Assembly: GCA_043814605.1 (NCBI GenBank)
Contig: JBDRJV010000037.1
Coordinates: 163,902-227,901, forward strand
Direction of reading: 5' to 3'
Length of the DNA stretch: 64,000 bases
Source: Candidatus Omnitrophota bacterium
GTDB taxonomy: Bacteria > Omnitrophota > Gorgyraeia > B26-G9
Below, piece by piece: positions 58,708-64,000 of the stretch. The position numbers and the translations under genes were made by a program. A model generated the notes under the pieces. That model saw only the letters and a list, made by a program, of their open reading frames with translations. It did not search any database and had not been told where the DNA came from. Numbering within the stretch: the first letter of the stretch is position 1; every line of letters starts with the position of its first letter.

Positions 58708-58895
58708 TGAGTTTTGCAGGCTGACTTGCAGCTTTTAACTTGAAACCTGAAGCAGTTGAATTATCAGTGTTCACATTAGTTATTACCCCTTTTAAAATCC
58801 AAAAAATAAAAATAATAAAAAGGCTTGATTCTATTTTTGAATCGTAGTATAAGTATACCGGTATAATTTTTAATAATTATTAATTCAAAGATAAA

Positions 58896-60956
58896 ATGAA
58901 ACAATCAAAATTTACTTATATATTATTTTCTATATTCATAATCCTAATAGTACTTTGTGTCCAAATTGCTCAGGCCGCAACATATTACATGCCGGATAAT
59001 TTTGCGAATTTACAGCAGGCATTTTCCGGGATGTCCAGCGGAGATATTTTAATTATTCGAAACGGGACATATACGGGTAATGAAAACAGGATTACGACAA
59101 GTCAATGCCCGCCCGCGGGTAATGCCGGAGTCTGGACAATAATCAAAGCGGAAAATGACGGCCAGGTAATTTTTGACGGCCAGGATACGCGCAATATGTT
59201 TGATCATCAGCCCTTATCCAGTAATAAATATTGGCAATTTGAGGGGTTAATTTGGTGTCGTTCTGTAGATAGTACGGTTACGATAACTTATTCTCGCTAT
59301 GTAAAATTTCTACGCTGCGGGGCATTTGGCTGCGGTGCGGGAAACCGGATAAATTTCAATATCGGTCGGGAAAATTCATATATTCTTTTGGAAAACTGCT
59401 ATGCCTGGGGTAGCGGACGCTATAAGTTTGCTGCTTATCGGAACGAACGGATAATTTTCCGGCAATGCGTGGGCCGCATGGATGATGTTAATGCTTTGGG
59501 TGAGCCGATTGCGATTTTTGCGATGTATTCGGTGGATGATGTGGAAGTACAGAATTGTATTGCCATTGATTCCAATCAGACCTCTGCCTGGACTAATATC
59601 GGCCAGTGCGGCGGGTCTTTTTTTGTTCCGTCTACAGAGATGAATACTAACCGGGTAAATTTCACGCAATGCATTGCTTTAAACAATCAAATTGCCGGAT
59701 TATGCACAACCGGTAATACTTCTTACGCGGCTAATGATGTGACTTTCAGGGATTGTGTAGTTTGGAATGTCGGCTCGTTTGATAACAACGCGATCAACTT
59801 ATTAAGAGGCTATAATTCACAACTGCTCAATTGTACCTTTGGCCTGGCTAATGACCCGGTAGATACGCATTATTCTTATGATGCGATTGGGTATAATAAC
59901 ATTAGTTCGTGTAAAAATTCAATAATCTATAATCACAGAGGTGCTGCTGTATTTAATGATTTTGAGATTGAGGATTATAATTGTTTGTACGCGAATGATG
60001 ATAATAATAATATTGGATTACATGATTTAACGAATGTAAATCCGATTTACAATGCTGCTAATAATGCTAATGGTGCTTTAAAATATATTATCCGCATTGA
60101 AGATAATTCTAATCTGAGTACGCGAGGTGAGAATAATACAGTTATTGGGGCAAATTGTTTAAAGACTATCGGCGCGCCAGGGTCGTTATGGGGCGAATAC
60201 GGGTATAATACTGTACAATCTACGAATTTATGGCCGTTTCCGTATGAGAGTGTAATTCGTATGGCAATGAGGGCATATAATTCCGGCGGGGTTAGCGGCA
60301 ACCGGGGTTTTTGTGTAGATGGCCAGACACTAACCAAATATATCTGGGAATATTTAGGCAATGCGATTCCTCCGGAAATTTATGGCTCAGCTGACTTGCG
60401 TCCTCCTTCAAATCTTGTCGCAACAATAAAAAATTTTTTATTATCTGCACAAGTTGTTTTAACCTGGGTTGATGATTCGCAATCTGAAGATGGGTTTAAA
60501 ATTGAAAGAAAAGAAGGTGAATTTGGCCTTTGGATAGACTTAATCGAAGTCGGGGCTAATGTTACCACATATACTGATGATCAAGTGTTAGAAGGAAGTA
60601 TTTATTATTATCGAGTCAAGGCTTTTAATAATGTTTTTGATACAGCTTATTCTAATGAAGCTTTAGCGGATTTGATAAATAATACAACAAGCAGTAGTGG
60701 CGGCGGAGAAGGAGGGCCTTGTTTTATTGTCACAGCTGCTTTTAATACACCTATGGCACAAGAAGTGCGTACTCTTTGTCGTTTCAGAGATAAATATTTA
60801 CTGACAAACAATTACGGTATTTGGTTTATAAAATTTTATTACTATTACAGCCCGCCAATTGCCGATTATATAAGGAATAAAGAACTAATAAAGAAGGTTA
60901 TTAGAACGGCTCTTCATCCTTTAATAATGATTAGCCACTATTTAGTTAATAAGTAG
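58896..60956 (+). CDS. paralogous secreted beta-helix-like protein with FN3 and CFI-box-CTERM
   Basis: N-domain very similar to 53671; W.D.S.SEDGFKIERK FN3; GGGEGGPCFIVTAAF tail. Confidence 0.82.
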   Translation: MKQSKFTYILFSIFIILIVLCVQIAQAATYYMPDNFANLQQAFSGMSSGDILIIRNGTYTGNENRITTSQCPPAGNAGVWTIIKAENDGQVIFDGQDTRNMFDHQPLSSNKYWQFEGLIWCRSVDSTVTITYSRYVKFLRCGAFGCGAGNRINFNIGRENSYILLENCYAWGSGRYKFAAYRNERIIFRQCVGRMDDVNALGEPIAIFAMYSVDDVEVQNCIAIDSNQTSAWTNIGQCGGSFFVPSTEMNTNRVNFTQCIALNNQIAGLCTTGNTSYAANDVTFRDCVVWNVGSFDNNAINLLRGYNSQLLNCTFGLANDPVDTHYSYDAIGYNNISSCKNSIIYNHRGAAVFNDFEIEDYNCLYANDDNNNIGLHDLTNVNPIYNAANNANGALKYIIRIEDNSNLSTRGENNTVIGANCLKTIGAPGSLWGEYGYNTVQSTNLWPFPYESVIRMAMRAYNSGGVSGNRGFCVDGQTLTKYIWEYLGNAIPPEIYGSADLRPPSNLVATIKNFLLSAQVVLTWVDDSQSEDGFKIERKEGEFGLWIDLIEVGANVTTYTDDQVLEGSIYYYRVKAFNNVFDTAYSNEALADLINNTTSSSGGGEGGPCFIVTAAFNTPMAQEVRTLCRFRDKYLLTNNYGIWFIKFYYYYSPPIADYIRNKELIKKVIRTALHPLIMISHYLVNK

Positions 60957-60965
60957 AATATAAAT

Positions 60966-61150
60966 TGCTACAGGCTGCAAGCTACAGGACGCAGGAAAAA
61001 CAAAAGTTAACCTTTAACTTATAAGCACTCAATTCTAAATTCTAACAGTTTATGCCTATAATGTATAATTTACATTATTAAAAATAAAGTTGGAGTTCTT
61101 TCCTAATCGCTGTTTTCTAAACGCTAATCGCTGTCCGCTAAACCCTGCTT
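60966..61150 (+). repeat. heptamer arrays (TACAGGC/TGCAAGC and CGCTAAA types)
   Basis: gctacag gctgcaa gctacag gacgcag (60967-60994); cctaatc gctgttt tctaaac gctaatc gctgtcc gctaaac (61102-61143). Confidence 0.7.
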
Positions 61151-61300
61151 TTTACGAAATAAATTTCACGAATAGAAAAATCTTTCTTTTTTTTGAATAT
61201 TTACTTAAAAGAAAAAATAAAATTTATTGGCTTAACTTTTCTAACATGCTAAAATAAAATGTATTAGCGTATTTAATTATTTGTTTTTTACAATTAGTTC

Positions 61301-61317
61301 TTGGCATAAAAATTGCT
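61301..61317 (+). promoter_or_regulatory. sigma54 (-24/-12) promoter candidate
   Basis: TTGGCATAAAAATTGCT, close to consensus TGGCAC-N5-TTGC, 36 nt before ATG 61354. Confidence 0.7.
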
Positions 61318-61353
61318 TTGTAATAAAGGAATATGTATTTGGGGAAAGAGGCT

Positions 61354-64000
61354 ATGAAAAGAAAAAATCTAATTATTATATCCTTAGCAGTTGCCTTATT
61401 TTTCTGCAAAATTGCTCAGGCAGCAACTTATTACATGCCGGATAATTTTGCCAATTTACAAGCAGCTTTTAGCGGCATGTCCTCAGGGGATACATTAATT
61501 ATCCGGGACGGAACTTATACTGGCAGTACTAATGCCATTACAACCAGTGTTTATCCGCCAGTGGGCAGTGCGGGTAATTATACGAAAATCAAAGCCGAAC
61601 ATGATGGCCAGGTAATTTTTGACGGACAAAATACCCGCAATATGTTTGACCACCAACCTTCCTTAAGTAATAAATATTGGCAGTTTGAAGGAATAATCTG
61701 GTGCAGGGCTGTAGACAGTACGATAATTCTAATCAGATCACGTTATGTGAAATTTTTACGTTGCGGCGCGTATGATACTGGTGCGGGAAACAGGTTAAAT
61801 TTTAATATTGGCCGGGAATGTGATTATATATTATTAGAAAATTGTTATGCCTGGGGCAGTGGCCGTTATAAATTTGCTTCTTATGAAGCGGATCATATAA
61901 TTTTCCGGCAATGCGTAGGGAGGTTGGACCGAGTGGATTCCAGCGGTGAACCGATTGCGATATATTCAATTTATGCTTCCAGCGATGTAGAAGTACAAAA
62001 CTGTATTGCCATTGATTCAGATCAGACAGCGTATTGGGCAAATGTGGGCCAGTATGCCGGCAGTTTTTTTGTGCCGTGTACCTCAGGTATTTCAGAGAGG
62101 GTAAATTTTAAACAATGTTTATCGGTAAATGTTTTATTGGGTGGATGCAGTTCTGCTTCTAATACTGATTCTACAGATGTGCTTTGGGAGAATTGTTTGG
62201 TCTGGGATTGTGAAGCTAATAATGGCATAGTTAATATGATTCGCGGGTCTGATAACATTGTAAGAAACTGTACTTTTGGGATTACAGACAGCTCCAGTGT
62301 TTATATGTATGCTGACGGAGCGAATACAACTGTTAGCAACAGTATTTTTTATGATATAACTTCTTCTTCTCATCTATTGCAATATGCGGACATTCAGGAT
62401 TATAACTGTTTTTATGGTAATAGCAGCTCTAATATCATCAGCGGTACGCATAATGTTAATACTAATCCTTTAACTAATTCTTTACGTTATCTGCCGCGAA
62501 TTGAAAGCGGCTCGACTTTAGACGGTGCCGGGGTTAGCGGTGCGGATATCGGAGCAAATTGTTTAAAAATGATTGGAGTTCCGGGTACATTATGGGGCGA
62601 AACCGGTTATAATGTAGAACAGGTTACGAATATGTGGCCTTTTCCGAATGAAGATGTCATCCGTACTAAAATGAAAGCTTATGATAGCGGCGGGGTAAGC
62701 GGTAATCGTGGTTTTTGCGCGGATAGTACAACTTTAACCAAATATATTTGGGAATATTTAGGTAATACAATACCAGCAGAAATTTATGGGGCTTCAATTT
62801 TAAATATCACTACTTCTTCCTTAGCAGATGGAGTTATAAATACTTCATATAGCCAAACGCTTAGTGTTTCCGGAGGTACAATGCCTTATGTCTGGAGTTT
62901 GAGTTCCGGGACATTACCAGCAGGATTGTCTTTAAACTCAGCAACCGGCGCAATCACCGGAACACCCTCAAGTGCCGGCACGGTAAATTTTACAGTGCAA
63001 GTTACAGATAATAATTCTAATACAGATACCCAAAATTTAAGTATAATTGTTATTGCTCCGGATACAACAGCTCCGGTTATTTCCAGTGTTATGAGTTCCG
63101 GTACTACTGCTAGCGGAACAACAATCAGCTGGAACACAAATGAATCCGCAACTTCGCAGGTAGAATACGGCACAAGTATTAGTTATGGATCCGTGACAGT
63201 GCTTGATACAAATTTAGTAACTGCACATTCTGTATCTATTTCCGGATTAAATAGCGAGACTACGTATCATTTTAGAGTTAAAAGTAAGGATGCGGCTAAT
63301 AATGAAGCGGTTTCCAGTGACAATTCTCTTACTACATCGGCAGCACCAGTAATCAATAATATGTTGCAGGATTTTGAAGATAATGTGTTATGGGTACCTA
63401 ACGGAGCCCAGGATCCTGAGGGATACGGACGCGGCTGGGCATTTACCACTCAAGGCGTTGGTGATTCCATTACGATTGATAGTATCGGTGCTAACGGTAC
63501 AAACCGTTCTTTAAAAGTTACTTTTACCAGCACTAATGATTGCCAAATTTATTTTAGGTCAGACGATAAAACCACAGATCATATGCCAGAAGCTCAAGGA
63601 GCTAACCGAATCGGTTTTTATGTGAGATTTCCTGCAGATTATCCGATACAGCCATTACCATTTAGATATAATAGCTGGCAATTTGGTACATATATCCATG
63701 ATCCGGATAACTGGTCAGATACCAATGCAGCTACATATGAAGAAGGCCCGGGAATCCATCATTATTATCACAGAGTAACCATGGAACAAGTAGGCAATGG
63801 CTGGGTAAAATATATTTTTGATACGCATCCGGACCAGGCTAATTATAGCGGCACTACAGTGCCACCGGATAGAGGTTCTGAATATTATGATAATTATGGC
63901 AGATTCTATTTTCATTTTGGCGGAGAATCCGGAGGCCCGGAACCAGCTCGGCCAGTTACAATATGGATTGATGAAATTAAATTTTATTATGATGACGGCT
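61354..64000 (+). CDS. third paralogous secreted beta-helix-like protein (truncated by window end; absent from ORF track)
   Basis: MKRKNLIIISLAVALFFCKIAQAATYYMPDNFANLQAAF; same frame reads IWIDEIKFYYDDG at the window end; Ig, FN3 and carbohydrate-binding-like segments. Confidence 0.85.
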   Translation, partial: MKRKNLIIISLAVALFFCKIAQAATYYMPDNFANLQAAFSGMSSGDTLIIRDGTYTGSTNAITTSVYPPVGSAGNYTKIKAEHDGQVIFDGQNTRNMFDHQPSLSNKYWQFEGIIWCRAVDSTIILIRSRYVKFLRCGAYDTGAGNRLNFNIGRECDYILLENCYAWGSGRYKFASYEADHIIFRQCVGRLDRVDSSGEPIAIYSIYASSDVEVQNCIAIDSDQTAYWANVGQYAGSFFVPCTSGISERVNFKQCLSVNVLLGGCSSASNTDSTDVLWENCLVWDCEANNGIVNMIRGSDNIVRNCTFGITDSSSVYMYADGANTTVSNSIFYDITSSSHLLQYADIQDYNCFYGNSSSNIISGTHNVNTNPLTNSLRYLPRIESGSTLDGAGVSGADIGANCLKMIGVPGTLWGETGYNVEQVTNMWPFPNEDVIRTKMKAYDSGGVSGNRGFCADSTTLTKYIWEYLGNTIPAEIYGASILNITTSSLADGVINTSYSQTLSVSGGTMPYVWSLSSGTLPAGLSLNSATGAITGTPSSAGTVNFTVQVTDNNSNTDTQNLSIIVIAPDTTAPVISSVMSSGTTASGTTISWNTNESATSQVEYGTSISYGSVTVLDTNLVTAHSVSISGLNSETTYHFRVKSKDAANNEAVSSDNSLTTSAAPVINNMLQDFEDNVLWVPNGAQDPEGYGRGWAFTTQGVGDSITIDSIGANGTNRSLKVTFTSTNDCQIYFRSDDKTTDHMPEAQGANRIGFYVRFPADYPIQPLPFRYNSWQFGTYIHDPDNWSDTNAATYEEGPGIHHYYHRVTMEQVGNGWVKYIFDTHPDQANYSGTTVPPDRGSEYYDNYGRFYFHFGGESGGPEPARPVTIWIDEIKFYYDDG

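Noticed and set aside
58825-58853. Promoter TTGATT-17-TATAAG before 58896
   Set aside because: The -10 element lacks the final T and the region is very AT-rich; too weak to call
1648-63915. Short minus-strand and nested ORFs in the ORF track
   Set aside because: They overlap well-supported + strand genes or promoters and show no recognisable motifs; treated as shadow ORFs

Overview
AT-rich bacterial chromosomal window; every credible gene is on the + strand. (1) 1-14.2 kb is an operon-like cluster mixing isoprenoid genes (UbiA-family prenyltransferase, geranylgeranyl-reductase-like flavoprotein, dxs, idi) with a PEP-utiliser phosphotransferase, a GT1-type glycosyltransferase, a B12 radical SAM enzyme, a Wzx flippase and an AsnB-like protein. 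(2) 14.6-53.6 kb is a large Wza/Wzc/Wzx/Wzy-type exopolysaccharide locus with nucleotide-sugar enzymes, an ACP/adenylation/NadE/amidotransferase tailoring set and several glycosyltransferases. It is interrupted by five four-helix-bundle genes (three intact, two with one in-frame TAA), an AbiE toxin-antitoxin pair and an AAA_14/DUF4143 ATPase. (3) 53.7-64 kb holds three paralogous large secreted beta-helix-like proteins, two ending in a CFI-box-CTERM domain and the third running off the window. The most unusual signal is a set of degenerate 6-8-nt (mostly 7-nt) tandem repeats. Purine-rich arms follow stop codons and their reverse complements precede start codons. They bracket each four-helix-bundle gene as potential long stems, G-U-rich in several cases, and also occur as empty pairs and in frame inside coding sequences. 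All product calls come from motifs read by eye and all alignments were hand-counted; no database search was run and taxonomy cannot be fixed from this window.
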